The notes under the pieces: model-generated
The model's database searches: none
Seen by the model: the letters and a program-made list of their open reading frames with translations, nothing else
Told to the model about the DNA's origin: nothing
NCBI GenBank assembly: GCA_038999435.1
Contig: JAVZYR010000001.1
Span: forward strand, 12,708-76,707
DNA length: 64,000 nt
DNA from: Candidatus Aenigmatarchaeota archaeon
GTDB taxonomy: Archaea > Aenigmatarchaeota > Aenigmatarchaeia > QMZP01
Direction of reading: 5' to 3'
Shown here: positions 29,206 to 39,057 of the stretch, piece after piece
Numbering within the stretch: the first letter of the stretch is position 1
Layout of the letters: the number at the start of each line of letters is the position of its first letter
Made by a program: the position numbers and the translations under genes

Positions 29206-29470
29206 TATGGCAGGATTTTGGGAGATAATAAAATATCCACATCTGGTTGAAAAGTCAATAAACCTTGTAGAAAAAGAGAACAAACTCGTTTTAATAATTA
29301 ATAGAAGATACAACAAAAAAGAGATTAAAAAGGCTGTTGAAGATGAGTTTAAGGTTAAGGTCCTCTCTGTTCGAGTCCAAAATACACCAAAAGGTGTTAA
29401 AAAGGCATATATAAAATTAAGCCCTGAGCATTCGGCATCAGAGATTGCATCAAGGCTTGGTATGGTGTAG
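29198..29470 (+). CDS. rpl23: 50S ribosomal protein uL23
   Basis: EKS, IKKAVE..F.VKV, KKAYIKL; start may be ATG 29207. Confidence 0.95.
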   Translation: MVDMAGFWEIIKYPHLVEKSINLVEKENKLVLIINRRYNKKEIKKAVEDEFKVKVLSVRVQNTPKGVKKAYIKLSPEHSASEIASRLGMV

Positions 29471-29480
29471 GTGAGATTGT

Positions 29481-30143
29481 ATGGGAAAAAAGATAATTGC
29501 ACAAAAAAGGGGAAAAGGAAGCCCAACATACAGGGTACCTTCTTATCATTTTCAGCCAAAGCTCGAATTTAGGGATATAAATGGCACTGTTACCGATATT
29601 GTAAATCATCCTGCAAAACTTGTCCCGCTTGTTCAAATCACATGGGATGATGCAAGAAAAGGATGGCTTCCTGCTCCAGAAGGGATTAAGGTTGGGGACA
29701 GGATTGGTGATTATGTTAAACAACTCAAAGACATCCCAGTTGGTAGTAAGATATTTGCCATAGAAATGAGGCCGAACAGTGGGCCAAAGCTTTGCCGGGC
29801 TTCTTCTGCATTGTTATTTTCAAAAGAAAAAGATAGCTGCATTATTAAGCTCCCATCAAGAAAGGATATATTTCTAAGCACATTGTGCAGGGCTATTATT
29901 GGAAATCCCGCTGCAGATGGAAGAAAAGAGAAGCCATGGATTAAGGCAGGAAAGAAGGCAATCGCAATGAGAAGAAGAGGAAAGTTCTATCCTGTTCCAA
30001 CAGCAAGCCGTATGAACGCGGTTGACCATCCATTTGGTGGAAAGTCTGGTGTTGGCCGTTCTAAAACAGTATCAAGAACTGCACCACCCGGGGCAAAGGT
30101 TGGTTCCATTGCAGCAAGGAGGACAGGAAAGAGGAAAAAGTAA
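29481..30143 (+). CDS. rpl2: 50S ribosomal protein uL2
   Basis: MGK.I.AQ.RG.G, MNAVDHPFGG, APPG.KVG.IAARRTG. Confidence 0.96.
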   Translation: MGKKIIAQKRGKGSPTYRVPSYHFQPKLEFRDINGTVTDIVNHPAKLVPLVQITWDDARKGWLPAPEGIKVGDRIGDYVKQLKDIPVGSKIFAIEMRPNSGPKLCRASSALLFSKEKDSCIIKLPSRKDIFLSTLCRAIIGNPAADGRKEKPWIKAGKKAIAMRRRGKFYPVPTASRMNAVDHPFGGKSGVGRSKTVSRTAPPGAKVGSIAARRTGKRKK

Positions 30144-30166
30144 TAAAAATATAATAAAAATGTCAG

Positions 30167-30556
30167 GTGGTTTATATGCCAAAATTTGAATGGAGAGGAA
30201 AAACGGAGGATGAAATTAAGAAGATATCATTAGAGGAATTTATGGCGCTAATCCCTGCACGCGAAAGAAGAAGGCTGAAAAGAGGATTTACATATCCAGA
30301 GAAAAAATTGCTTGAGAGGATGAGGAAAAAACCTGAAAAATTTTTCAGAACAAAATGCCGATCTATGCCAATTATACCTGAGATGATAGGCAAAAAAATA
30401 GGCGTATATAATGGTAAAGAATATGTACCGATTGAGATAAGACCTGATATGCTTGGCCACCGCCTTGGCGAGTTTGTGCTGACAAGAAAGCCTGTCAAGC
30501 ATTCTGCACCAGGTTTCGGTGCAACAAAATCTTCAAAGTTTGTACCTCTGAAATGA
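30167..30556 (+). CDS. rps19: 30S ribosomal protein uS19
   Basis: P.MIG, YNGK, M.GH.LGEF..TR..V.H. Confidence 0.96.
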   Translation: MVYMPKFEWRGKTEDEIKKISLEEFMALIPARERRRLKRGFTYPEKKLLERMRKKPEKFFRTKCRSMPIIPEMIGKKIGVYNGKEYVPIEIRPDMLGHRLGEFVLTRKPVKHSAPGFGATKSSKFVPLK

Positions 30557-31008
30557 GAAGGATAAGGAATAAGTTCAGAAAACCAAAGAGAAGATGGGAC
30601 AAGAAAGCGATAGAGGAAGATAGAAAGATAATGAAAGAATTTGGTCTGAGAAGGAAGAAAGAATTATGGGCTGCAAAAGAAATGCTAAGAAAGTTTAGAC
30701 AGAGGGCAAGGGAACTAATTGCAGTAAAAGATAAGGAAAAAGAGAAGGCACTTCTTCACAAGCTTATAAAACTTGGCTTACTTAAAGAAGGGCAAGGGCT
30801 CGATGATGTCTTGGCTTTAACTGTGAGAGATTTGTTAGAAAGAAGACTCCAAACAATTGTATATAGAAAAGGCTTGGCAAACACACCAAAACAGGCAAGA
30901 CAAATTGTTGTTCATGGTCACATAACAATTGCTGAAAGAAGGACAAATATACCATCCTATATGGTCGCTGTAGATGAAGAGGGTTTGATAAAGAGGAGGG
31001 AGAGATGA
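30553..31008 (+). CDS. rps4: 30S ribosomal protein uS4
   Basis: FGLR.KKE.W, LERRLQT.V, QARQ.VVHGHI. Confidence 0.96.
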   Translation: MRRIRNKFRKPKRRWDKKAIEEDRKIMKEFGLRRKKELWAAKEMLRKFRQRARELIAVKDKEKEKALLHKLIKLGLLKEGQGLDDVLALTVRDLLERRLQTIVYRKGLANTPKQARQIVVHGHITIAERRTNIPSYMVAVDEEGLIKRRER

Positions 31009-31397
31009 CAAAAAAAGAAAGATGGGGGGTTGCACACATATTTTCTTCTGTGAATAATACAATCATACACATCACGGACCTGTCAGGTGCAGAGACAATC
31101 GCAAGATGCTCTGGTGGTATTATAACAGATAGAGATAAGGACAAGGGAACACCTTTTCCAGCAATACAAGCAGCAAAGCGTGTTGCAGAGGAAGCACTTT
31201 CAAAAGGGATAACAGGTGTGCACATAAAAGTTAGGGCCCCTGGTGGGATAAAGAAAAAGGTTCCGGGCCAAGGTGCACAACCTGCAATAAGGACGCTGAT
31301 AAGAATGGGGCTGAAGATAGGCAGGATAGAAGATGTTACACCAATACCTCACAATGGCTGTAGACCAAAAGGAGGAAGAAGAGGAAGGAGGGTATAA
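31005..31397 (+). CDS. rps11: 30S ribosomal protein uS11
   Basis: [38 protein letters not shown]. Confidence 0.97.
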   Translation: MTKKERWGVAHIFSSVNNTIIHITDLSGAETIARCSGGIITDRDKDKGTPFPAIQAAKRVAEEALSKGITGVHIKVRAPGGIKKKVPGQGAQPAIRTLIRMGLKIGRIEDVTPIPHNGCRPKGGRRGRRV

Positions 31398-31429
31398 TCT
31401 CTTTATAATATCAAAAATTGGAGGGCTAC

Positions 31430-32398
31430 ATGGCAAAGAGAAACAGACCAAGAAGAGGTTCAACTGCATTTTGGCCCAAAGGTAGAGCAAAGAGGATTTA
31501 TCCAAGATTAAAATGCAAGATAGCAGAAGAAAAGGCAATACCACTTGGTTTTGCAGGATACAAAGCAGGCATGACCCGTGCAATCATCCTGGATATGAAA
31601 AAGGGCTCTGCAACACACGGGCAAGAGGTTGTTAAGCCAGTTACGATTTTAGATATCCCATCATTAAATGTCATAGGGCTAAAATGTTACAAAAAAACAA
31701 CAGATGGCCTGTCTGATAAGGGCATTATTTGGTGCGAAAAGATTGATGCTGAGGTGAAGAGGAAAATGTCAATCCCAAAAAATCCTAAGCCCGATTTTAG
31801 CAGGCTTGAAGGCATTGATGATGTACGGCTCCTTGTTCAAACACAACCAAAAAATGCAGGAATTGGAAAGAAAAGGCCAGAGGTTTTTGAGATACCGCTC
31901 GGCGGTAAGCTTGAACAAAAAATTGCATTTGCAAAGGAAAAGCTCGGAAAGGAGATAAGGCTTGATGAAATATTTCAGCCAGGCGAGTATGTAGATGTGA
32001 TTGCAGTGACAAAAGGCAAAGGTTTAGAGGGCCCTGTAAGGCGGTTTGGTGTAAAGATAAGACCAAGAAAGCATCAAGGCAAGCGAAGGCATGGTGGTGT
32101 ACTTGGTGCAGAAAATCAGGGAAAGGTACTACCGGTTGTAATTCCAATGGCAGGTCAACTTGGTTTTCAGACAAGGACGGAATACAATAAACAGATACTT
32201 CAGATAGGTAAAGGAGGTATTCAACCAAAAGGAGGATGGCTTGGCTATTCTCCTGTTCCTGGAGATTATTTAGTTCTTGCCGGCTCTGTGCCAGGGCCAA
32301 AAAAGAGATTGGTTTTGCTTAGGAAGGCATACCGTGCCAAGGCCCCAGCAGCATTTGAATTAAAGAAAATCATTTTAGACAGCTTACAAGGGAAGTAG
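31430..32398 (+). CDS. rpl3: 50S ribosomal protein uL3
   Basis: RPRRGS, GYKAGMT, TKGKG..GPV.RFG, AGQLGF..RTE.NK; ATG 31430 after GGAGG. Confidence 0.96.
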   Translation: MAKRNRPRRGSTAFWPKGRAKRIYPRLKCKIAEEKAIPLGFAGYKAGMTRAIILDMKKGSATHGQEVVKPVTILDIPSLNVIGLKCYKKTTDGLSDKGIIWCEKIDAEVKRKMSIPKNPKPDFSRLEGIDDVRLLVQTQPKNAGIGKKRPEVFEIPLGGKLEQKIAFAKEKLGKEIRLDEIFQPGEYVDVIAVTKGKGLEGPVRRFGVKIRPRKHQGKRRHGGVLGAENQGKVLPVVIPMAGQLGFQTRTEYNKQILQIGKGGIQPKGGWLGYSPVPGDYLVLAGSVPGPKKRLVLLRKAYRAKAPAAFELKKIILDSLQGK

Positions 32399-32434
32399 GT
32401 TCTTTTTATGAATTTTTTAAAAGGAGGTGATAAG

Positions 32435-32668
32435 ATGGTAGAGAAAAAAATTGACAAATACCACGATGTCGATATTTTAAGCATTAAATACACAAAGCTT
32501 GTAGACCATAAAACCGGCGAAAGGCTTTCTATAGGATCTGGTTGGACATACGAAGAATCTGATGAAAAGGCACTAGAAAATCTGTATAACAAACTTCACG
32601 AAAAATTAAAAAATAATTTATTAGTTTCTTTGATACTTTCTTTTTATCCAAAGCCTATTGCCCAATAA
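32435..32668 (+). CDS. Small hypothetical protein
   Basis: Strong SD AGGAGGTGA before ATG 32435; no recognisable motif. Confidence 0.55.
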   Translation: MVEKKIDKYHDVDILSIKYTKLVDHKTGERLSIGSGWTYEESDEKALENLYNKLHEKLKNNLLVSLILSFYPKPIAQ

Positions 32669-33429
32669 CTCACGACAGAGCCCATATCACCTGTGACATC
32701 ACCTGATGTACTAGAATGCAGGATTTTTGCCTTTAACCCGAGCCGTTTTGCAAATGCAATCACAACAGCAATGCCCGCATAACCACAAACCGAGGCATCG
32801 ATTTCCTCAAGTACATCGAAAAGGCCTTTTGCATCAAGCCCTTTTATTTTTTCTATTGTTTTATTATCCTTTTCTGTCGCAATGTCAATAGGTAGATAAT
32901 GGCTAAAATCAGATGATGCGATAAGCCCAACATCATATCTTGCAAGCATCCTACCAAGTTCGATACACTGCTCTAGAAGCTCATCAGAATAGTCGATATT
33001 TATTATAGATATCGGCACAATCCTAAAATTTTCAAATCTATATTTCAAAAATGGCAACTGTACCTCAATTGAATGTTCATTTGCATGTGCGCTCTTTTCA
33101 TCCTTCAAAAATTTCAGTCCTAGTAATTTTTTAATCAAATCCTCATCAGCCTCAACCTTGCCAAGTGGAGTTTCCCATGCATCACTACATGTGCTAAAAT
33201 CAGGTCCAATGCCCTGATGGTTTGGACCAATAATAACATATGTGTTACTTTTTTTAAGAGCAGCAATTGCATGCGCACATGTCTTCCCAGAATATACATA
33301 GCCTGCATGTGGGCTTATAACAGCACGACATGCTGCAGGCTTTGTATCAGAAAAAAATTCCTTTAGCTGTGCCTTTAACAAAGATGGTTGGGCAGGATAG
33401 AATGCACCAGAAAATACAGCCTTCCTCAT
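32644..33429 (-). CDS. MEMO1 family protein (AmmeMemoRadiSam protein B)
   Basis: G.FYP, PHAGY.YSG, GPNH, EHSIEVQLPFL, SSDFSHY. Confidence 0.95.
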   Translation of the reverse strand: MRKAVFSGAFYPAQPSLLKAQLKEFFSDTKPAACRAVISPHAGYVYSGKTCAHAIAALKKSNTYVIIGPNHQGIGPDFSTCSDAWETPLGKVEADEDLIKKLLGLKFLKDEKSAHANEHSIEVQLPFLKYRFENFRIVPISIINIDYSDELLEQCIELGRMLARYDVGLIASSDFSHYLPIDIATEKDNKTIEKIKGLDAKGLFDVLEEIDASVCGYAGIAVVIAFAKRLGLKAKILHSSTSGDVTGDMGSVVSYWAIGFG

Positions 33430-33454
33430 ATTAATAATTAACTCAGGATAAAAA

Positions 33455-35743
33455 TCAACCTATATATTTTACCTCTTCAGGCGGTTTTTCTGTTGTTACA
33501 GGAGCTTTAAACTGTTCTGCAATCTTCTGATAAAATGTATTGAGCTTTGGTGTGACTGATGGTTTTACTTTGTTCATCGCTTCAGCAAAATCACTCTTTT
33601 TCACGTTCGCTGCTTTTATATCTTTTCTTAATGCATTCATTGCTGCCTCTCTGCATAGTGCTTCTATATCAGCACCAGTATAACCTTCTGTCTGTTTTGC
33701 AAGCGCCTCAATGCTTACATCCTTTGCAAGTGGCATGTGCTTTGTGTGAATCTTGAAAATTTCAAGTCGACCTTTGTAATCTGGTGCAGGCACATATACC
33801 TGTCTGTCAAATCTCCCTGGTCTTAGTAATGCAGGGTCAAGGATGTCTGGTCTGTTTGTAGCAGCAATCACAACAACATTGTGCATTTCTTCGAGCCCTG
33901 ACATCTCTGTCAATATTTGTGAGACAACCGTTTCTGAAACCCTTGTACCAACCTCAAGCCCTCTTCTTGGTGCAATGGCATCTATCTCATCAAAAAATAT
34001 GATAGCGGGTGCAACCTGTTTTGCCCTTCTGAATATTTCCCTGATTTTTCTTTCAGATTCACCAACCCACATTGTGTATATCTCAGGACCCTTCACAGAT
34101 ATAAAATTGGCACCAGATTCATTTGCAACAGCCTTTGCAAGCAGCGTCTTTCCTGTACCTGGCGGGCCATAGAGCAAAATACCACTTGGTGGCTTGATAC
34201 CCATTCTTTTGAAAATCCCCGGATATTTCAATGGCCATTCTACCACTTCTTTAAGTTTCTGCTTTACATCATCTAAATCACCAATATCAGACCATCTTAT
34301 GTTTGGAACTTCAACAAGCACTTCACGCATTGCTGATGGGCTAACAAGCTTTAATGCAGTTTTAAAGTCTTGCATTGTAACTTGCAGCTTTTCCAAAATC
34401 TCTTTTGGCAATTCACCTTCTTTTTTCCAGCTTATACCAGGCATCACCCTTCTCAGCGCAGCCATTGCTGCCTCTTTGCATAATGCTTCAAGGTCAGCAC
34501 CTACAAATCCATAAGTAACTGATGCAAGCCAATCGATATCAACATCTTTTGCAAGCGGCATGTTCCTTGTGTGTATCTGCAATATCTCCTTTCTGCCCTT
34601 TTGGTCAGGCACGCCTATTTCAACCTCCCTATCAAATCGTCCAGGCCTTCTCAGCGCAGGATCGAGTGCATCTGGCCTGTTTGTAGCGGCAATGACAATA
34701 ACCTTTCCTCGCGTTTTCATACCATCCATGAGTGCAAGAAGCTGTGCAACAACCCTTCTTTCAACTTCACCTGTCACCTCTTCACGCTTTGGTGCAATTG
34801 CATCTATTTCATCTATGAATATGATACTTGGTGCGTTCTTTTCTGCATCTGCAAAAATATCTCTCAACCTTTTTTCAGATTCGCCATACCATTTGCTCAT
34901 AATCTCTGGCCCTGATATTGCTGTGAATGAAGCACCAGACTCATTTGCAACAGCCTTTGCAAGCAGCGTCTTTCCTGTACCTGGTGGGCCATAGAGCAGC
35001 ACGCCTTTTGGCGGTTCTATACCAAGCCTTGTGAATAGCTCGGGATGTCTCAATGGCAACTCAACCATCTCTCTTATCTTTTCTATTGCCTGCGCAAGCC
35101 CGCCCACATCTTCGTATGTTATCGTTGGTATCTTTCTCTCTTCTATCTCGACTGCTTCTGGTTTTAGTTCTATCTCTGTGATGTCTGTTATCTTTACAAT
35201 ATCTTCTGGGTTTGTTGAAACCACAACAAGCTTTGTCTCACCAGGCAATGGTGTGAAAAATATCTCTTCAATTGGTATGCCAAATATCTCTCCGAATGAT
35301 GGTCCATATCTTTTTACAATCGGAAACGGCGCAAGTATGTCACCTTTTGTAACTGGTCTCATATACAGATTTTTCTTTAGCATCTCAGATGGAACTTGAA
35401 TCACAACACCTTTTTGTGCAGGTGCAAGTACAACCCTTTTTGCCTCTTTGACATCAGCCTTTTTTATTTTTATCATATCACCCACACCTACACCTGCATT
35501 TTTTCTTGTTAATCCATCCATCCTTACAATAGAAAGCCCAATGTCAGCAGGATATGAACGGACAGCTATTGCACCCGTTTTTCTTTTTCCTATAAGCTCA
35601 ACAATATCACCCTCTTTTATGCCAAGTTCCTTCATTGTTTGTGAATCGAGCCTTATAATACCTCGGCCAAATTCATCTCTTGATGTCAACTCGCCAACCT
35701 TCAGGGTTATGATTTTCCTTTCGTCATGTTTTCCATCTGACAT
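33455..35743 (-). CDS. cdc48: CDC48/VAT AAA+ ATPase
   Basis: N-domain plus two AAA modules (GPPGTGKT twice, DEID twice, RPGRFDR twice). Confidence 0.97.
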   Translation of the reverse strand: MSDGKHDERKIITLKVGELTSRDEFGRGIIRLDSQTMKELGIKEGDIVELIGKRKTGAIAVRSYPADIGLSIVRMDGLTRKNAGVGVGDMIKIKKADVKEAKRVVLAPAQKGVVIQVPSEMLKKNLYMRPVTKGDILAPFPIVKRYGPSFGEIFGIPIEEIFFTPLPGETKLVVVSTNPEDIVKITDITEIELKPEAVEIEERKIPTITYEDVGGLAQAIEKIREMVELPLRHPELFTRLGIEPPKGVLLYGPPGTGKTLLAKAVANESGASFTAISGPEIMSKWYGESEKRLRDIFADAEKNAPSIIFIDEIDAIAPKREEVTGEVERRVVAQLLALMDGMKTRGKVIVIAATNRPDALDPALRRPGRFDREVEIGVPDQKGRKEILQIHTRNMPLAKDVDIDWLASVTYGFVGADLEALCKEAAMAALRRVMPGISWKKEGELPKEILEKLQVTMQDFKTALKLVSPSAMREVLVEVPNIRWSDIGDLDDVKQKLKEVVEWPLKYPGIFKRMGIKPPSGILLYGPPGTGKTLLAKAVANESGANFISVKGPEIYTMWVGESERKIREIFRRAKQVAPAIIFFDEIDAIAPRRGLEVGTRVSETVVSQILTEMSGLEEMHNVVVIAATNRPDILDPALLRPGRFDRQVYVPAPDYKGRLEIFKIHTKHMPLAKDVSIEALAKQTEGYTGADIEALCREAAMNALRKDIKAANVKKSDFAEAMNKVKPSVTPKLNTFYQKIAEQFKAPVTTEKPPEEVKYIG

Positions 35744-35754
35744 ATTATTAGATA

Positions 35755-35964
35755 TTACCTCCTCACCCTTAATATAACTGAGTGTTTTGTCTTTATTATT
35801 TCTATCTCCGGCTCATTTCGTATGAATTCTATGAGCCTTACATACTTTTTGATTGTTATGTTGTGAATACCTGTCTGTTTGGCAAGCTCATTCATCGAAC
35901 ATACCCTAGCTTTTTCTATAGCTCTAAACATGTCTTCAATGATTTCAAGTGGGTCTCTTTTCAT
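35755..35964 (-). CDS. Small winged-HTH protein
   Basis: [23 protein letters not shown] pattern; upstream of cdc48. Confidence 0.7.
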   Translation of the reverse strand: MKRDPLEIIEDMFRAIEKARVCSMNELAKQTGIHNITIKKYVRLIEFIRNEPEIEIIKTKHSVILRVRR

Positions 35965-36054
35965 ATTATATATTTTTTTATATTGTAATATTAATATTTA
36001 AATATTTTGGTTGAAAATTTAAATTAAGATATTTTAAATAACGCAATAATTAAA

Positions 36055-37323
36055 ATGGATGTTATCTTAATACTTTCCTATATTGGTGTTCTGCTTGGTT
36101 TAGGTATTATAATTGCAAATCTAATGAAAAAAATAAGAATACCTGATGCCTTAGCTTTAATCTTGCTTGGTTTGTTCCTTGGTCCTACAATTTATAGGAA
36201 CCCTCTTATCAGCTCTAACATTCAGCTAAAGCTAATAGATGTTGCAGCGATGGGTATAGTACCAGATATAGTGAGAATGACTGCTATCATACTTATAGTT
36301 TTTATAAGCACATTTTCGATGCCTATTAGCATGTTTAAAAGATTTTCCGATGTTTCTTTGAGGCTTGCTTTTTTTATTCCTATACTAAATACAGCAATCC
36401 TTGGTATAGTTGCGCATTTTCTTTTTAATCTCGAATGGATTTACGCATTCCTGCTTTCTTCAATCTTATGTGGTACATCTGTAGGTGTTTTATACACATT
36501 TGAAAAATATTTTTCTGAAAAAAAGATTATAAACACATTGAAGATGGAATCTATATTCAACTCGCCTCTAAGTGTTCTCTTGCCCTTGATGTTTTTGGGA
36601 ATTGTAACAAATCCAAGCATATTTGAGCCGATAAAGCATATATCACAATTTTGGCTTCTCATAGCCGCAGGTGTCGGTACAGGTTTGGTTGTTGGTTTTG
36701 GTATGACAAAAATCCTAAAAACCATTCTAAAGGAATATACACCTCTCCTACTTTTTGCAACAGCCCTGATAACATTTACACTTGCTGAAAATGTGGGTGG
36801 CTCTGGTATGCTTGCAGTTGCAATATGTGGGCTCATTGTTGGTAACTATTCATCAGGTATAAGGGAGGAGGCGTTGAAATTTGAGGACCAGATATCAGAG
36901 CTGCTAAGGATAGCAGTTTTTACTCTACTCGGTGCACAAATATACTTCAGCATAACAGCTGAACAATTCCTACTTGCTCTTGTTTTCTTTTTCGTAATTG
37001 TGATTTTAAGACCATTGATGCTTATCTTGTTTATGAGAAAGGAGAGAAAAGAGATGTCAAGGGAAGACTTTCTCATGTTATCTTTCATTGCACCAAAAGG
37101 TGCGGTTGAGGCGGCAATGGCACCGGTTGTGGCATCTGCTTTGCTCATTGCAGGCATGTCAGCAATGGCAGATTCAATAATGAACATAGTCTTCTGCATC
37201 ATCGTATTTTCAATTCTTTTGAGCACCATAATATGTGAGATTGCATATAAAAAGAGCGAAAAGGAAAAATCCATCAAAAAGATTTACAAAAATTATGAAA
37301 AGCTCAGATTACCTAAGAGCTAG
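36055..37323 (+). CDS. Cation/proton antiporter (CPA1/NhaP-like)
   Basis: Multiple TM helices; ESIFNSP, GGSG.LAV, RP, PKG motifs. Confidence 0.88.
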   Translation: MDVILILSYIGVLLGLGIIIANLMKKIRIPDALALILLGLFLGPTIYRNPLISSNIQLKLIDVAAMGIVPDIVRMTAIILIVFISTFSMPISMFKRFSDVSLRLAFFIPILNTAILGIVAHFLFNLEWIYAFLLSSILCGTSVGVLYTFEKYFSEKKIINTLKMESIFNSPLSVLLPLMFLGIVTNPSIFEPIKHISQFWLLIAAGVGTGLVVGFGMTKILKTILKEYTPLLLFATALITFTLAENVGGSGMLAVAICGLIVGNYSSGIREEALKFEDQISELLRIAVFTLLGAQIYFSITAEQFLLALVFFFVIVILRPLMLILFMRKERKEMSREDFLMLSFIAPKGAVEAAMAPVVASALLIAGMSAMADSIMNIVFCIIVFSILLSTIICEIAYKKSEKEKSIKKIYKNYEKLRLPKS

Positions 37324-37540
37324 TTTTGCACATCTTTTCAGCCCTTTTTATCATCTCTGATTTGAGTGCAATAAAAGCACCACCTCTCTTACCTCGAATA
37401 AAAGTTACCTCTCCTGGCTTAATGATATCCTCAATTGGGCCCTCGATATCAATATGGGTTATTCTTGCCTTACTCTTACCTTTTATATGTATGTAGATTG
37501 TTCCATTGATTTTATACTTTCCTTCCCCAGGGCCTGACAT
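37313..37540 (-). CDS. Small hypothetical protein
   Basis: 75-aa ORF co-oriented after guaB with a typical AT-rich upstream spacer. Confidence 0.65.
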   Translation of the reverse strand: MSGPGEGKYKINGTIYIHIKGKSKARITHIDIEGPIEDIIKPGEVTFIRGKRGGAFIALKSEMIKRAEKMCKTSS

Positions 37541-37565
37541 AATTTAAAATTTAGAATGAGATAAT

Positions 37566-39023
37566 TTATTCATCTATGATTACAATATCATGGGGCCCAA
37601 GCATTCTTTTAGATGCCTCAGAAAGTCTTTCTAAAACAGCCTTTTTTCTATATTCTTCCAAATTTTTTGCACCCACGTGACTCATTGTGATTTTCAAAGC
37701 CATCGAATATTTTTCTACCCCTGGTTTCAGATAGCCTTGGTAAAGTACGAGCCCATCAACACCTTGATATATCAATGTTTGCCTTTCCCCAGGTATTTCA
37801 TATCTTTTCATATCGCCCGTTGTCTCAGCAGCCCTTTTTGAACCTTCACCCCAATATTCCTTGAATTTTTTCCCATTTTTTTCAACAAGTTTTCCTGCTG
37901 ATTCCTCAAAACATGCGAACAATTTTCCTGACATAATAGCATCAGCATGTGTTAATGCAATGCATATATCATGCGTATCTTCCATTCCACCATCGGCAAT
38001 TATTGGTATATATCTTTTATCCGCATATCTATCCCTTTCTTTTGCTATTCTTACAAGCGATGAAAATGGTGGTGCGCCGACACCAAGGACAGCACTTGTG
38101 ATGCATATTGAGCCAGGGCCCATACCGATTTTTATAGCATCAGCACCAGCTTCTGCAAGATATCTAAAGCCTTCTGGAGTTACGATGTTGCCTGCACAAA
38201 TCTGCCTTTCATATTTTTCTTTAAATCTTTTTACAACATCACTTGCCCACTCTGTATAGGCATCAGATGTGTCTATAAAAATTATATCTGCTCCTGCCTC
38301 TACAAGCGCTTTTGCCCTTTCTTCCCAACCAGGATGTGTATCTATTGCACCACCGATTCTATATCCTTCATTTTCTTGTCTAAAAACAAGTTTTCTTAAC
38401 CTGTACTCTTTACCTTTTTTTGTTTCTATTTCTTCAAGAACAGGTACAAGCCTTAAATCATATTTTTTCATAAACTCCTTTATCTCTTTTTCGCTCATGT
38501 TATCGCTTACCCACAGATCCTTTTTGCAATCAAAAGGCTTCATTATTTTTTGGATTGGTGTATTTGGTTCCATTCTATCATGATACAGGGGCTCATATTT
38601 GAACATGCCTTTGTATCTACCTAATCTATCTTTTACAGGCATGTTGGAATGTCCATACTTGCTTACATTTTCAATTGCATCTGCAATTGTATTATCATCT
38701 AAAAGGGTTACGGGATTTTCAATAGATTCTATCTCACCCTTTTTCACCTCATTTTCTTTTACGTATCTAACAATATCCACTTGTTTTTGTATGCTAAGCC
38801 CTCTTGGCGCAACTGCCATTAATCCTATCTTTGCTGCTTCTAATGCAAATCTTTCATCAACGATAGACCTCATTGCAGCAGGCAAAAATGGTTTTATTAC
38901 AATATCTCCAATCTTTGTATTGATATCTATATTCGAAGGAATATGTTCGCTTGTAGTGTAACCTGGATGTATCACAAAATCTTTATAGGTTGTTCCTGTA
39001 ATACTACCTATTATCTTTGCCAT
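37566..39023 (-). CDS. guaB: IMP dehydrogenase with CBS domains
   Basis: AGNIV, GMGPGSICIT catalytic Cys, IIADGG, EYWGEGS, RY flap. Confidence 0.9.
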   Translation of the reverse strand: MAKIIGSITGTTYKDFVIHPGYTTSEHIPSNIDINTKIGDIVIKPFLPAAMRSIVDERFALEAAKIGLMAVAPRGLSIQKQVDIVRYVKENEVKKGEIESIENPVTLLDDNTIADAIENVSKYGHSNMPVKDRLGRYKGMFKYEPLYHDRMEPNTPIQKIMKPFDCKKDLWVSDNMSEKEIKEFMKKYDLRLVPVLEEIETKKGKEYRLRKLVFRQENEGYRIGGAIDTHPGWEERAKALVEAGADIIFIDTSDAYTEWASDVVKRFKEKYERQICAGNIVTPEGFRYLAEAGADAIKIGMGPGSICITSAVLGVGAPPFSSLVRIAKERDRYADKRYIPIIADGGMEDTHDICIALTHADAIMSGKLFACFEESAGKLVEKNGKKFKEYWGEGSKRAAETTGDMKRYEIPGERQTLIYQGVDGLVLYQGYLKPGVEKYSMALKITMSHVGAKNLEEYRKKAVLERLSEASKRMLGPHDIVIIDE

Positions 39024-39057
39024 AGAAAATATTAATAAAAAATTTTAAAAATCGCCA

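Noticed and set aside
33559..35777. Many 100-145 aa plus-strand ORFs opposite cdc48 (similar ones lie opposite mcm, guaB and rqcH)
   Set aside because: Antisense shadows of conserved genes; Ser/Ile/Phe-rich with no motifs
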